A program made the position numbers and the translations under genes. From a virus (lineage: Duplodnaviria > Caudoviricetes), in the IMG/VR virus record IMGVR_UViG_3300013383_000001, positions 64,001-128,000 of that record: 64,000 bases of DNA; one strand, written 5' to 3'. Positions 12,881-27,800 of this stretch are shown piece by piece. Position 1 is the stretch's first letter. Each line of letters starts with the position of its first letter. The notes beneath the pieces were generated by a model that saw only the letters and a program-made list of their open reading frames with translations, was not told the origin of the DNA and did no database searches.

Positions 12881-15800
12881 AAGAAAACGATTATATATTA
12901 GCGAATATATTAAATCCTGAATTTGATAATTAGGATTTTAAAGAAGTATTGGGAATGGATATGGATAATACCTAGATCCTTCCTTATAATAGTTATGTTA
13001 ATAATGATTATATTAGATCAATAGGGGCATTTCAAGATTCAGATGGTACTTTTAATGAAGATAAATTTAAAAAATATTATCAAAGTGCTTTAGTAGGATT
13101 TCAAGACTTTAGTACTAATCCTTTAGTCGATGACAGTTTCGAGTATGGAGTATTTGATGCTTATCGTAAACCTGATTCTAAAGTAAAAGATCCTCAATTC
13201 CAACTTATGAGAGTGATGAATCCTAATCATGAGAGTATTGGTATTGGTGGAATAAATCAAACCGCAGAATCTCCTTTAACAGGTGCAGAAATTGCACAAA
13301 CACAGAAGATATTTGATTCTGCTACTGGAAAGTATTTGGATTATTCTCCTAATGATATATCTTTAACTAGTAATGTATTTGGTTGGTTTAAATCATTGTT
13401 TGATGATCCTTTAGTTAGAGCAACTTACGATGAAGATGGATTCCATAAAGATCCTTTCACCGGAGAAATGGTAGGACATAAGAAAGGAGAATATAAACTT
13501 AATGATAACGGTGAATATTTCTATGAGACTCTTAATGGTAGATCATTGATCGGTAAGGAAGTACTTTCTGCTACTGATATTCTTACTGTGGATGGTGAGG
13601 GATTAAATAAGTATGACTTTTTAGATTCTGACGATAAAGAGAAATCCATAATGGGGTCTCTTGCTAAAACTGCATTATTAGTAACCCCTTTGTTATTTGG
13701 AGGTCCAGTTAGTGCAACTTATAGTGCATTATTAGTAGCTAAGGAAATGACTAAATCTCTTCCTATGCTTCAAGGTATGTTATCGTCTGCATTTGGTGAT
13801 GGGAGTGATTCTAAACTTATAAACACTCTTGCAGGGTATGCCAATAAATTTACAATGGGTGTATCTGAACATTCTAAATAGAATGTATTTACTTGGGAAA
13901 ATACTATCAACCTTATGGGAGATGTTGCTCTTCAATGGGGGCAGCAGCAATATATTGCAAAAGCAATTGCTGATTTACAAGGATCTACAAAGAAAGTAAA
14001 GGCAGCAGAGAAAGCAGCTAAAGAATTTTATAAACTTAATACAGGTAAAGAAGCCATTGGAGAAGAATGGCTAGAAACCACAGTAGGTAGAATAGCTAAT
14101 AAAACTATTCTCATGCCTGCTAAGATAGAAGCACAAAATGCTTATAAACTTGGTGCAGATGCATCTCTTGTTTATATGGCGTTAGTTTCTAATGAACCTG
14201 TATACGAAGAAATGCTTAATCATGGAGCATCAAAAAGAGATGCAGCGTTAGTTTCATTTGCTAGTTCTGTAGGTATGTTCGGGGTAGATAAATGGGCACA
14301 TTTAGGAGAAATCTTCTTCGATGAACTTAAAAATGAATCAAAAATTGCTTTTAGAAATACTGTAAAAGATTAGATTGAGAAATCTATGGACTCTCTTACA
14401 GAGATAATTAAAAATCCTGAAGTAAAGAAGAAAACCAAGAACCTTATCATGAGAGGAATGGATATTGGTAAGAAAGCGGTTAATAAATTTAATGATGACT
14501 TAAAGAATCACACTCTTGGTTTCTTTGGTAAAGCAATTGGTGAAGGTTTGGAAGAGGTATCTGAAGAGTTTGTAACTGATATATCTAAGACCATCTACGA
14601 AGTAGCAGGTGAATATGATTCTAACTTCTTTAATAGATCAGGTATTAGAGACGTAGGTGCATGGGATAATATGCTCGAAAGATATAGCATGTCCTTAATA
14701 GGTGGTACGCTTGGTGGTGGATTATTCTACGGTGTAGGAGTTGTTAAAGGTGGTAACTTTAAAAGAGATAACACCAAAGATAATCTTATTAACTTAGTTG
14801 CAAATAATAAGACTAATGAATTACTTGAACAACTTGATAAATTAAGAGACCAAGGTAAGTTAGGAAGTACAACATTGTCTGCAACCAAATATGAAAACAC
14901 CAGTGACAATAAGCCTGTTTATCTCACTACTACTGATAGTGAAGATACATAGAATCAATATGTATATAATAGAATAAAAGAATCTATTCTTCAAATTGAT
15001 CAATTACTTAAATAGACAGGTACTAAATTGAGTGATCAAGATCTATTTAATCAATTAGTCCAAAATGAAGAAAGATTTACTTAGCTCTCTGAATTAGAAA
15101 AAGAACAATCATATCTTACACGTTATCAAGAAGATTTTCGTGTATTAACCAGAAAACTTATTGATGCTGAAAAAGATTATTAGAATGCATTAACAAGTGA
15201 GGATGGTACACCTGGAGGAAAGCAATTTGAAGGTGATGTTATTGGTGAAAGATATAAAACAGATGCGGCTCGTTTAGAGAATATTGCTAAAGCAAAGAAA
15301 ACAGTCGATGAACTTAGAAAAGCTCGTAATGATTTTGCTTCTGGTAAAGCATCACTTCCTTATTTGGAGAAATTGTTATTTACAATAACTCCTAATATTC
15401 ATAATGCTTTCATGTCTATGACATACGCTGCTTGGGTAAAGAATAATAAAGGAAAAGATGTACTTACTCTTACGGATTCTGAACATGCTACTTATAAACA
15501 AGAATATCTTCAATATAAGAAAGATAATTAGAAAGATGATATTGAAATGGCATATTCTTTCTTTAAATAGCTGTAGGAGTTAGTAAATCCAGAACTTAAA
15601 AATATTTCTGAGAAAGCTAAGGCTTTTAAAGAGAATGATGAAATGTTTCAAGAGTTATTTGGTAATGAATCTGTTTTTGTAAAGTATAAATTAATTGATT
15701 ATAATGGAAAATTAGAGGAAGAATCAGAAGAAGAATATAATAACAGGGATACTAAATTAGAAGGAGAAACGGATCAAGAATTTGAGGCAAGGAAAAATGC

Positions 15801-18800
15801 TCGTATAAATAAAATAGAATAGAACAATCTTCGTAATATAAATAAAATAAATGATTTTATACAAGAATTAATTGATAAAACTGGAGGAATTGATTTATCT
15901 ACATCTAGACAACTTGTAAATATTTTAGGAACAAGAAAAAGAGATCAAGTACAACGTGTTATTGATGATTATTCTGATGAACAAGCTGCATATAATGTTC
16001 CTGTTATATCTGAAATTATTAGACAGCTAAATGTTGATAATTATGGAAATATTACTAATATCAACGATATAATTGAGAAAATTGCATCACATGTATCTAG
16101 TAATAAAGCAAAAGCAATAGTGCTGAGTACTGATGACACTTTAGAGGATGCTATTGAGGGAATTACGAGTTTAATGTCCTACTCTAAAGAAGTATCTGAG
16201 GATGAGAAGGAGCAATTATTAAATAAATGGTTGCAAGATGATGATATGGTTGAGGAAATCGTATAGGAATATAACGCAATTGTCAATCAATCAAAACAAG
16301 AAGCAGCTGATTTAGTTCAAAGAATTTTAAAAAAAATTCAAAGAAATCCATTTATTCAATTCTTTGATATTGTTCGCAGTAAATTAATTGCTAATAATCC
16401 AATTCAAGCATTAATTTCTAAACTTCCTGTTAATAATCAAGAAACTATAGAATAGTTGCTTAATAATATGTATGAAAGAATGTTAGGATTAAGATCTAAA
16501 GAAGATTTTATTTTAACAGGAGAAGAAGAATCATCTATCGAAGAAGCAGTTAATGTTTTAAATGCCTTAAGTTCTTTGCTTGCGACATAGGTTGAAAATC
16601 CGTCAATATCCGATAGTTATGCAGCAATTATAAATGAATTTGGTAAGAAGTATAAAGCTGATGGATTTGAAGAATTAGTAATTTTAGATGATGATGTGAC
16701 AGCTACATTAAAAATGGAAATTGATTCATATCTGGAAGAATTAACTGGAAGCACATCATTATTAAATGTATCTAGTATCAATCAGGTTAATACTATACAG
16801 AAGTTGATAAATACAGATACTAATTATGCCAAATCTATGGTAGAATTTTTCCATGTAATTAAAAGTAGTGGAAATTTCAAGTTTGTTCATAATGGTACTG
16901 AATATGATTTGTTAGAAGGAATAGACCAAATCTCTGATGAAGAACCATAGGTTAAGTTGGCAAAAATAGAACATCTTTACTATACTAATCTACAAAAATG
17001 TTTACAAAACATGTCTTTTACAGAAGTATTAGACGCTTGTAAACTTATTAGTAAAGATGATCCTAGCTCTGTTCTGAAATTAGATGAAGTTTTAGGACAA
17101 AGAAGTATTGAATTAAATGAAAAATTTGAATTTAATTCCGTAACAGACTATCAAAAGTTTATATATTTATTAAGTATAAGTGCTTTAGATTCTGAAGAAT
17201 TTAACACATATGTAAGAAGTACATCGAATGATACTAATACCAATGGAGATCCTATAGTTCCTTTAACCTCATAGGAAGTAGTAATTCGTACTGGAATTGC
17301 AAAACTTAAGGATAACTCTATATTTGAGCAAGGTATTGCATATATTAAAGACCACATAAATAAATATTAGTTTACACACATAACGTTTATAGATGGTCTT
17401 GCAGGAACAGGTAAATCTTCTGTTTGTGCAAAGAAAATTATTCAATTTAAAAATACGGATTAGGTTTGGGTTAGTTCTAATACAGATGTACAAACAGATT
17501 CGATTCATAGTGCAATAGGAAAAGGAACAAAGTTTAATAAAAAATAGTTATTTGAAAAAATAATAGATCCTCATATCTATGAATAGTTAATGTCTGATTT
17601 AGATGCAGATAAAACAAATTCTGAATTATTTACATTCAAAACTGATCCAGATGGAAATAACTATATCTTAGTAAACTTTGATAAAATTACATTTAACAAT
17701 GTAGATGATGCTCCTGTTATTTTATTAATTGATGAAATCACTCACTTTAGTAACGCTGAATTACAAATACTAAATAAATTTGCGCAAGATCATAACGTAC
17801 AAATTATAGGGTTAGGTGATACTTATCAATCTGGATTTGAACACATTGGAGAAAATGTACAAAGACCAAAAGGATTTATGGTTAGATCTCCTAAGTTATC
17901 AATCTCATTAAGAGCAAATAACTCTTAGAAATTTGCAAATCTCAATAAAATTAAATCTTTAATAGATTTTGTATATACAGTAGATGATTCGAATGATCCA
18001 AAACTTGATTTATTCAAAAGAAAAGTAAGAGAATTAACTCTTCAAGTATATAACAAAGAAGAAATAAATGGAGATTTGATAACGGATACAATAACTGAAG
18101 AAACTGCTCGTAAATTAAGTGGATCAATTGCATACGTTGGAGATACAAATACAGAAGCATTTAACACTTTAAAGAGTGTTCACCCTGAGGTCAAAGTATT
18201 AAGTGTCAAAGAAGTACAAGGTCAAGAATTTGATAATGTTGTAATAAATATTGATTGGAATTATGATTTTAATCAAAATGCTTCCTATTTAGAATTTTTG
18301 CGAAAGTTATATACTATGATTAGTAGAGGTAGAACCAACTCTATTATAATAGATAATAATTTAACGCATATTATTCAAGGGAATGACATTTCTAATCGTT
18401 AGATGGCTGCTCCTAATTTGTAGAGTTCTGCAAATGTATTTATTGAATAGAAAAATATAATTTATAACAAATTAAACGTTCCTGTTCCTTCTCAGAATAC
18501 ACCACAGCAAGGAGATACTACACAAAATCCCTAGCAGGGAGGATAGTAGAATCCTCAATCACCTGCTCCTCAGGGACAGACACCACAGCAAGGAGGAACT
18601 GGTCAAGGTGGATAGAATCCTGCTGCGCCATAGCAAGGTGGTCAAACACCTCCTGCGTAGAATCCTCCTTCAACACCTCAAGGTGGATCTGCTAATAGAG
18701 TTGTAAAATATGGAAATTCAATATTTAATCCAAGTACTGGAGTAATTACATTTAATACTCGTGGTTTAAAAGATGCTAAAGATTCAAGTAAATACTTTAT

Positions 18801-21800
18801 AGTAGAACTTGATGATGCAACTGGTACTGGTACATATAGAATAAATCCTGATGCAATAGACTATATTAAGGGCGATATAGATGTATTCAGAGATACTAAT
18901 GCAGTTGAAATGGATACTGCTGGAGTTACTGCAAATAACATAAAAGATCTAAAAGATACACAGGTAGGAACACTTATAAAAGATGGGGATGGTTGGAAAG
19001 TTAATAAAAAACTTAAAGTAGAAATCATTAAAGAAGGAGTTCCTCCGACTACTCAACCTCCTATATAGAACCCTCCAGCTAGCCCGACCGTAAATCCTCC
19101 TACAACTGATCCTGAATCAACTGAATCTTAGGATAATTCAGGATAGGATCAAGGATTAACTGATGGTACTGGAGAGACACCAGCCCACAAACGCGATGTT
19201 GATGAAGAACCTGAAGAAGATGAACAAGCATTGATTGCTTAGATGGGTAATGACAATATGGAGGATAAATTAAAATCAGCAAATTTAGATGATAATTCTG
19301 AAAGCATTATCCAAGAAGGATAGAATAGATAGGAATCTGTAAAGTAGACTAATAGTTTCCCGATAAGAGTATACAGTGAAGTATCACTTAGTGGACTTGT
19401 AAAACAAGGGACTATTTCTTCAGGCGATAGAAAAAGAACAATATATAGAAAAGGAAATAATTTAAATAATCCTGGAGTTACACATTAGGATTTACAAATA
19501 TTTATAGATACTGACACTATAGATGGTAATAATTTAACTCCGTATGTAAAGCAACTACGTTTATTAAAATCTGCAATCGTTTATGAAAGAGAGTGGGAAG
19601 ATCTTCCTTCTAATTTCCGAGATTTTCTTTCTTCTAAAGGTATAACAAAACAGAGTTTTAATGAGTTAAAAAAGAATATACACATTAAAATTCGCAAAAG
19701 AAGAGATAGTGATCATCATATTGGTTGGAATGGACTTGAATCAGATAAACTAACTATAGGTGAATATGTTTATACAGTTGTTGCTCAAGTAACCCCTGAA
19801 GGATCAACTAATACTTTTGAAATAACATTGGGAGCATTAGCTAATCCTGATTCTTATACTGTTTCTGAATGGGCAAGAAGTAATGGTAAAGAAGAACAAA
19901 CTAAACAAAACATATAGAGTTATAAAACATTATTCGATAGCTTAACTCAATAGGCAAAACAAGCTATTGATCAAGGAGGTATACTTGATTTAGTGCCTGG
20001 AACTGTACAATTCTCAGGAACATCTTACCTTAGACATTATCAAGGCACTGGAGCAGAAAGAACTAGGGTTCCTGTTACAGATGTAGGTCATTATAGGGCA
20101 ACACATCCTTTTTAGGTGATTACCGAAAAACATATTATTGTTAATCAAGATGGATCGTTTGATTAGCCAAAAGGTAAAATTCCGTTAGGAGGAAAAACTG
20201 TTTTATTTGTATCGGACGATTTAACTTTAGAAGGTAAAGATTTATACGAATTATATATTAAACAAAGAGAAGCTAATAAAGATGGAAGAGTAAATCCTAG
20301 TTCTAAGAAGTATCCTATTAGAATGATAATTCTAACAAATACTGGTATTGCTTACACAGATTTCTTTAAATATGGTTATAACTATTCTACATAGCAAATG
20401 ATTCGTTTTCCTTTTGAAAGAGATTTTACTGGAGCAAGAATGATGACCGCCCTGTGGAATTATCGAGCATCTTTATATAATTTCAAAGAATATTTGGATG
20501 ACTTTATTAAAAAAGGAATTGAAGGTCATCCTGAAATAATATTAACGAAAGAGTTAATATTAGAAGCATTAAAAGAGGAAGCTAAACATTATGATGTTAA
20601 TACAGGGACATCTACTGTAGATGAAAATAATTAGTATTACACCATAATTAAAGCAATTAAAGAATTTAATGATTCCTTATCAGATAGTGTTCGACAATTT
20701 AGGCTTGGTTATTATGCCGAAGAAAAAGCATTTAATTCTCAAATTAGAGTACTAACTAATGCTAATAAAAATGGAAATCCTTTCTACGGGAAAATAGTTG
20801 AAAATAGTAAAACTCCTAATAAACAAATATTAGGAACTTATATATCTCCACAATCTTTAGATATGCAGATAAAATTATTGGATACATTAATGTCCACGAT
20901 AGAAAGTATTGAAATAAATGGAGTTCCTTTTAAATTAGTGGATAAAGATGGTAATATTTATGATAAAACTAGATATATTACTTATAATGAAGGATACCCA
21001 AATTCTGTATCTCAATTAACAAATTTAGTTAATCAAGAAACAATAACTGTCGATGGGGTTACAATAACTGGATTTAGTAAATCGTTCTTAAAACTACTTC
21101 CTCTTTTTCTGAAAGAAATAGAATTAACAGCACGTCTAGATAGGGGAGATAACACTATGGATGTAAATGGTGTTAAAGTTAATACAACTAACTTGCTTGA
21201 TACTTTAAATGAATATGCAAATGGAGAGCAAGGATATGGTTCTGATAATTTCTCTTTATATACTGAATTATTAAATTTAATATTTCATGGAAACGCTAGA
21301 GGAGATATTAGTAGAAGTACAACTCATGCTACAGATGCTATGTTTAAATATGGATTCTTTATAGATCCGTATGGTTCTGCAGTAATTGAAAATACAAACA
21401 AACAAGCGTAGTTGAAAGAGTGTACAATGTCTGATAAGATGTTTCTTATTGATGTTGAAGTTGACATGCCTGTTTTCTCTATTAGTCTAGGAGAAATGAA
21501 AAAAGCTATAAGACAAGCAACTTAGAATACTAATCCAAGTTAGACTGAACAAACTCCAGTAGGGGAGCAAACTCCACCAGAAGAATCAGCTTCAGTAGAA
21601 GAGTAGAATCCTCCTGCTGAGCAAACTCCTCCAGAATAGACATCTCCTACTACAACACCTACTCCTAAACGAGGTAGAAGAAGGGGTGCAAAAAATACTG
21701 CTGTTAGCTTTGAAACATTTATTAGCAATTTAGACGTCGATACTAAAGTTGCAGAACTTGGAAATATTACTATATCCGAATATTTAAAAGCATTAAATAA

Positions 21801-24800
21801 TGGAGAAGAAATAACGGATTTCAAATTAACTAAAGATGGAAATAAACTGATAGTCGATACTCCAGTAGGAAAATTTGAATTTTTCCTTGATATGGATAAT
21901 AATTTATAGGTAACTAATCCAATTAAATCTCCTAAAAAACTTGATCCATCAGATATAATTTCTACTACTCCTATTAACAATCCTGCTTATAATATTACCA
22001 AAACACCTCCTTTTAAAGCAAGATTTCAACCTCAAGGAGGTAGAGGTAAACTTATATATGCTCAAAGTGGTACTGGCAAGACTACTATCGCAGACAATGA
22101 AACAGTATTTGATTCTGATTGGATTAAAGCTAAATTGCTTGGAGTTCCCACTGAATTAGCAGGAACTGTAGAACATTTAATGTCTGATTATGTATGGGTA
22201 ACTGAGGAAGTAAATGGGGAAACAGTTAAAAGAAAAGTTCCTATTGAGTAGATGCAGCTCTTGAATAATCCAGAAGTAGCACAACAACATGCTGTTATAA
22301 TGCAGAAGTATGAAAATGGTATCGATCTTACTAATTCTGAACAGTTTGCAGAGTTCTAGCAATTATATCCATGGGAACAGTATGCTTTATTAAAGAAATC
22401 TGATGATATTTTTTACGTTGATGAAAGCACTTTAAGCGTTAGGCTTGATGGATCTAAGACAAAAGTATATGTACATGAGTATCTTGATGAATTTCCAACT
22501 AAAGGAGATATAGCAGAGCGTGCAATTAATAACATAGAAGCAAATAAAGGAAATGTATCTTTAATAACTAGCAATGGGATAAAAATTGACTTTAAAAATA
22601 TTAAATGTACTAAATACCCAAACGCTTAGTTCTTTACAATTGAATCAATAATTTCCGATCCTATTGCATCCTAGGAATATAATAAAGTTGTAGCTGCATT
22701 AAACTATCCAGATGTTAATTTAAGAAATATAAATGATGTACTTGAAGGTACTAAAATATGTAATATTTTAATAGATAATGAATCTGGTGTATCAAGCGAG
22801 GCTATTATTCCTGGTATGAAACCAATGCTAGAAAGTTATAAAGGATTTAGTAAAGTTTATCCAAACGGAGAAGTTGTTTCTAATTCATCAGAATCAAAGG
22901 TACAACAATGGATAAACGGAATACCTGCTGTTTCGGCTAGTGATGAATTTAATGTACTAGTTACAGTTCAAATAAATCAATTATTGGATCAAGGAATGAC
23001 TGTCCTTTCTACTAGAAATTAGGATATTGGTCAAGCGGATTACATTGTATATAATGAAACCGATAGGCAATCCAAAGATCGTACTGGTAACTTTGATAGA
23101 GGTAATTAGTATGATAGCACTGATGCTTGGTAGAAGTCAATGGACATCATTAATAAAGTACCTGATGATAGTAAAAAGTACGCATTAAAAGAAGGAGAAT
23201 ACTTAGGTCATGTCCTCTTAGAATCAGGATATGAGAACTTTAATATAACGTTAAATCGTATTAAAGAAAATAAAAATGTAGCCTAGGCGATTTAGACTTT
23301 TTTTGGTAATTTTGGAATAACTGTTGAAGAATACGGAGCAGCTGGATATAGTATTGATTATTTACAGCGTGTAATTCAAGGTATTCATGGAGAAGGGGAT
23401 CTTGTTGAAGGCGCAGGTGAGTTTATATCATTCATGATGCAATGGAATGAAAGAGTTAAACACATTATAGGACGTGCTGAGGAGCTTAAAAATCCAGATG
23501 GTACTAAATACTTCTAGGAGAGAAAAACTAAAGCAGGATAGCCTTATACTAAGTTTAATGATTTTGCATATAAAGACTTAAATAAAGCAAATTATTTTAA
23601 GATGCTTGGTGCATTAATTGATGCAGAATTAGCACGTCAATTTAATGTTATTAAAAATACAGATAATGTTTCTTCTGCATCATTAGAAGGATTAGCAAGT
23701 ATCGAAGATATAAAATCTATTATATCCAGTTTTGATTCTAAAGTATCTGATGATGAAGATCTTGTTGAAGAGATTTATAAATTTGTTCAATATGCTGCTT
23801 TTAATATGCTTGCTAATAATCAAGGAATTATATTGCAGAGTATTACTAAGCCTGGGGCAAAGATGGAAGGAAGGGTATATAAGGTAAATGTGGAATAGGC
23901 ATTTGATGAAAACCCATGGGAGTTTGAGATAGTAAAAGCTCTATCCAATACAGGAGTGGTATCCTTAGCAGGAAGTACAGCAATGGCAACACAAGGAGTA
24001 GTGTATAGACCTTTAGAGAATCCATTACATGATCTTGATTTTAATACATACGCAACTGGTAAAGTAAATTCTAACGAGGACGCAAAAGCTGAAGTTGATA
24101 AAATCTTAAATCAAGTTAGACAATCAGATATTCAGAATAGAAAGCATGTTAGAACCATGAATAATCCAAATAAAGAAACAGGTAATATAGATAATTACAC
24201 TGTTACATATTTGGTTTTAGCTGATGCAGATGGACGTACAATTCCTTCTGATTCGATTACTTTAGAACAAGAAGATTATGTTCAAAGAGGAGAAACCAAA
24301 AATGATAATACACACCAGAGAGTTATTGTCAATGGAGAAGTTATAGGGCATATTGTTAGAGGTAACATAACATTCACTAAGGCAGGCTTTAAAGGTAAAT
24401 TACTTGATTTCTTTGTACATCCTAATGGTGTAAAACTTTCAAATGGTACACAGCTTCATCCAAGAGAATATAATTATAAAGGAACAATTCTATTAATGAC
24501 AGATTATAGAATGGCTCTTGCAGCAAAACAAAGATGGGCAAGATTAAAAGACATTTTTGATTATAATAGATTTGTAAAAAACGAACAAGAACTTACTACT
24601 AGAATAGTTGAATCTACGAATAATAATAATTCAAAAGCAATAATAGATATGCTGAATGAAGTGGTAGGAAAAGTAACTATTAGAACAAAAACTTAGAAAG
24701 ATAAGGTAGTTTAGTTTATACAACTATTCTCAGAAGATCAAAGTATAGATAACATAAGAAACAATTGGAATAGTAAAAAAGAAGTTCGCGATGCTGTTAA

Positions 24801-24867
24801 AAGAATAGATGTACAAACATTCAATACTATAGATAATATTATTAATAACACAGTAAAAGATTGCTAA
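12877..24867 (+). CDS. Giant polyvalent virion cargo protein (~3996 aa) with SF1 helicase-like, P-loop kinase-like and nucleotidyltransferase-like domains, TAG=Gln
   Basis: Twelve + strand track ORFs (13207 to 23956) share one frame and the gene ends KDC-TAA. Motifs: GLAGTGKS/LLIDE/GDTYQ/QGQEFD/YTMISRG; AQSGTGKT; LAGS...HDLDF. Confidence 0.75.
18481..18690 (+). repeat. Low-complexity coding repeat (PQQGG/QNP/QTP linker)
   Basis: Repeated cca-cag-caa-gga, ccc-tag-cag-gga and cca-tag-caa-ggt units. Confidence 0.8.
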
Positions 24868-24868
24868 T

Positions 24869-27800
24869 ATGGGAGCATATTGTGAAATGCCTAAAAAATT
24901 CTTTGAAAATGAAGAATCTGTAAAGAATGATAGAGATATTAGTAAAATCACTTCTTAGATACAAGATATTATAGTAAATTCTGAAGAAAAAAATGTAGAC
25001 ACATTAGCTAATTCAATCAAGTCAATATTGTTTGACCAAGATAGTAATGTAAATACTGATACAAATGATAAAAGATTTGATACATCAATGCAAGCCCTAG
25101 GTAAATACCTAGGGTCTGTATTGAGTGAAATGGATATAGATAATTCACTCAAACAATCTTTAATATCACAATTAAAACCAGAAGAATTATCCGCATATCT
25201 TATTGGTAAAGCAATACCTGTAGTCGAATAGGAAGAAACTCCTTATATGGAAGATAATGAGAATATGCAAGGTGAGAAAGAAAGATTGAAAGAAACAAAA
25301 GATTCTATTATTGAATCTTTTTATAGTTATATTACTAACGGCAATGTTTATAGGCAAAGAGAATTTAATCTAGAATTTGTTAATTCTATTTTGACTACTA
25401 AAGGATAGAATGGATTAACTAGAGTAAGAACAACCCGTGATTTAAATATAGCTATAATTAAATTAAAAAATAAATGGTTCAAACTTATCAGTGATTTTGT
25501 AAAAGCTAATTACGAAGGAGATTTCACTGATGTAATGTTTGATAGTAATGGAAATGTTGTATCTAGCCATATATAGGTATTAAATAAGTTTTATAATTTA
25601 GTACAAAAGTATAAAGAAGATGGATCTTTAGAGCTAAAAGTACAAAACGGATGGGCTAATGCAATTAGTTATCAAGATACTGCAAATTCTCAATTCTTTC
25701 ATGTACTAAATGCATACGTTAACTTAGTTTACTTTGATTCTATTATTCAATCACTTGATAATACAGTATCTCTTAAACACTCGTATATGTCAGGAACTGA
25801 GTATAATCTTAATGATGGAAAATATGAATTTGGTAAGAATGAAGCAAACAAACGAAAAGGTTATCAAAATTCTGAACAACGTAATGCCGATAAGGATTTA
25901 GGTGCTTTTCCTAAATTAGTATTAAGCTCAATTCCTATAATTAGTTATGGTAGAGAAACTAGAGAAACTGTATCTCTTTAGTTATTAATGTATGCTTGGA
26001 CCCAGCTTCTAGATGCTCGATTTGATAAACTTCCTGCGGTTATTAAAGAGGCTTTATTAAATGCACACGGTGATCTTAACGAATATCAAAAAATATTTCA
26101 AGAGATAGCAAAGCCTGAAAGGAGGCAAATGTTCAAAGAAGCAGGTGTTTCGCAAAAAGCATACGATGTATTATACTCCGTTGCAAAAAAAGTATATGAT
26201 CAAAATAACCCAGAATCATACTACAATGTTGAAAAGTCTGTAGAAGAAAATGATCCTACTCCGTTAGGTTATTCTTTAGTTGATACTGTTAGTGCTGCTT
26301 TAAATAGATCTAGATCTGTTACATACGGAGAGTATGTTTATAATAGAGAACTTGGAATATACTAGTATAGAACTAAAAGAAAATACGCTTTAAGAAAGGA
26401 TTAGTTTAATATAAAGAATAATATTAATAATTCTATAGTTAGTATTCCAACGTCACAAAGAAAAATTATTAGAGATAAATGGAATTTTAAATAGGCTCTT
26501 TCTGATAGTGACTCAAATGCAAAAACTTGGAGTGGCTTTAAAATTACATTAAGTGATGGAACTGTTTTAACAATAGAAAATCCAAAAGGAGCTACAGTTC
26601 TAGATTCTTCAAGTGGTTCCTTAAGTTTTAATAGTGAAAATAAACCATTACATGAAATATTAACTGAATATTCTAAATATATTGCATTAGATGATTTAGA
26701 CGTACTAAATGCAATTATTAAAGGCACTTCGCTTAATGAGCATCAACGAATGTTTAGAGATATTCTGGAATATGTGGATGACTATTTAGGAACTGATTTT
26801 TTAACCATTGATGGCTTAAATACTATAAAAGTAATGACTGAAACAGATCTTGGGAATACTGTAATCAAGTAGTTACTTACAGCTGCATCCAAGTCACAAA
26901 TAGTTAATGAATTATATTATCAATTTGAATTAGCAGTTCAAGATTAGACATAGGAACAATATCAATCTATATTGGATTTTTATACATTTTTAAGTAAGGA
27001 GTATGTAGGATTTAGCAAAGCTAATTTAACTGATAGTAAATTTATAAAAGAAGTAGGTCGTTTGGAAGATGGTATATTCTAGTTATTTGCAGTAAGATAG
27101 AAAGATTTATGGGTTGATTCCTTTGCAAAGGCAAGAGCTATTGTAAGAGGTGCTGCTTTTAAATCTACTATAAATGACTTATCTAAAAATAAAGTTCCAA
27201 ATACAAGAGTATCTTTCTTAGGAGGAAATATTAGTTATTATATTAATAAGTATAAACGTTAGACAAGAGAAGCTATTAACAAAGAACTTACATATTTTGA
27301 AGGATCTTCTCAATTTACATCTCTACTAAATCTTATTAAAGATTCAAATCGCACACAGAAAACAGTATATGGTATAAATATAGATGATTTAGTTGGATCT
27401 ACTGAATGGGCTAAGGCTTATAACTTAATTGAAAGACTTGCTGAAAAAGATGGAACGTCTAAAACTCAAGCACTTGTTAAATATTTCAATGATAATGGTA
27501 AAGGACATACAGCTCAGATAATGAAAATTGTTGTTGAAGCAATGGAATTAGGAGTTAATGCTACTAATTGGTCATTATCTAAAATATAGATGATGCTTAA
27601 AACTTTAACAGACGAGTACTCAGGAATTGCGTATAATGTAATCGAAACTCTTGAAGGAGGTAAAGAACTTGCTTCTAAGATAAGAGGTGTAAAGGTTGTT
27701 GGATAGTCTTTTAATGGGTAGTTATTATTTGCAAATAATGATATTATAGAAGATTTTGTAGTAAATACTGACTCAAGCAATAGAAACAAGCGTGTAAAAC

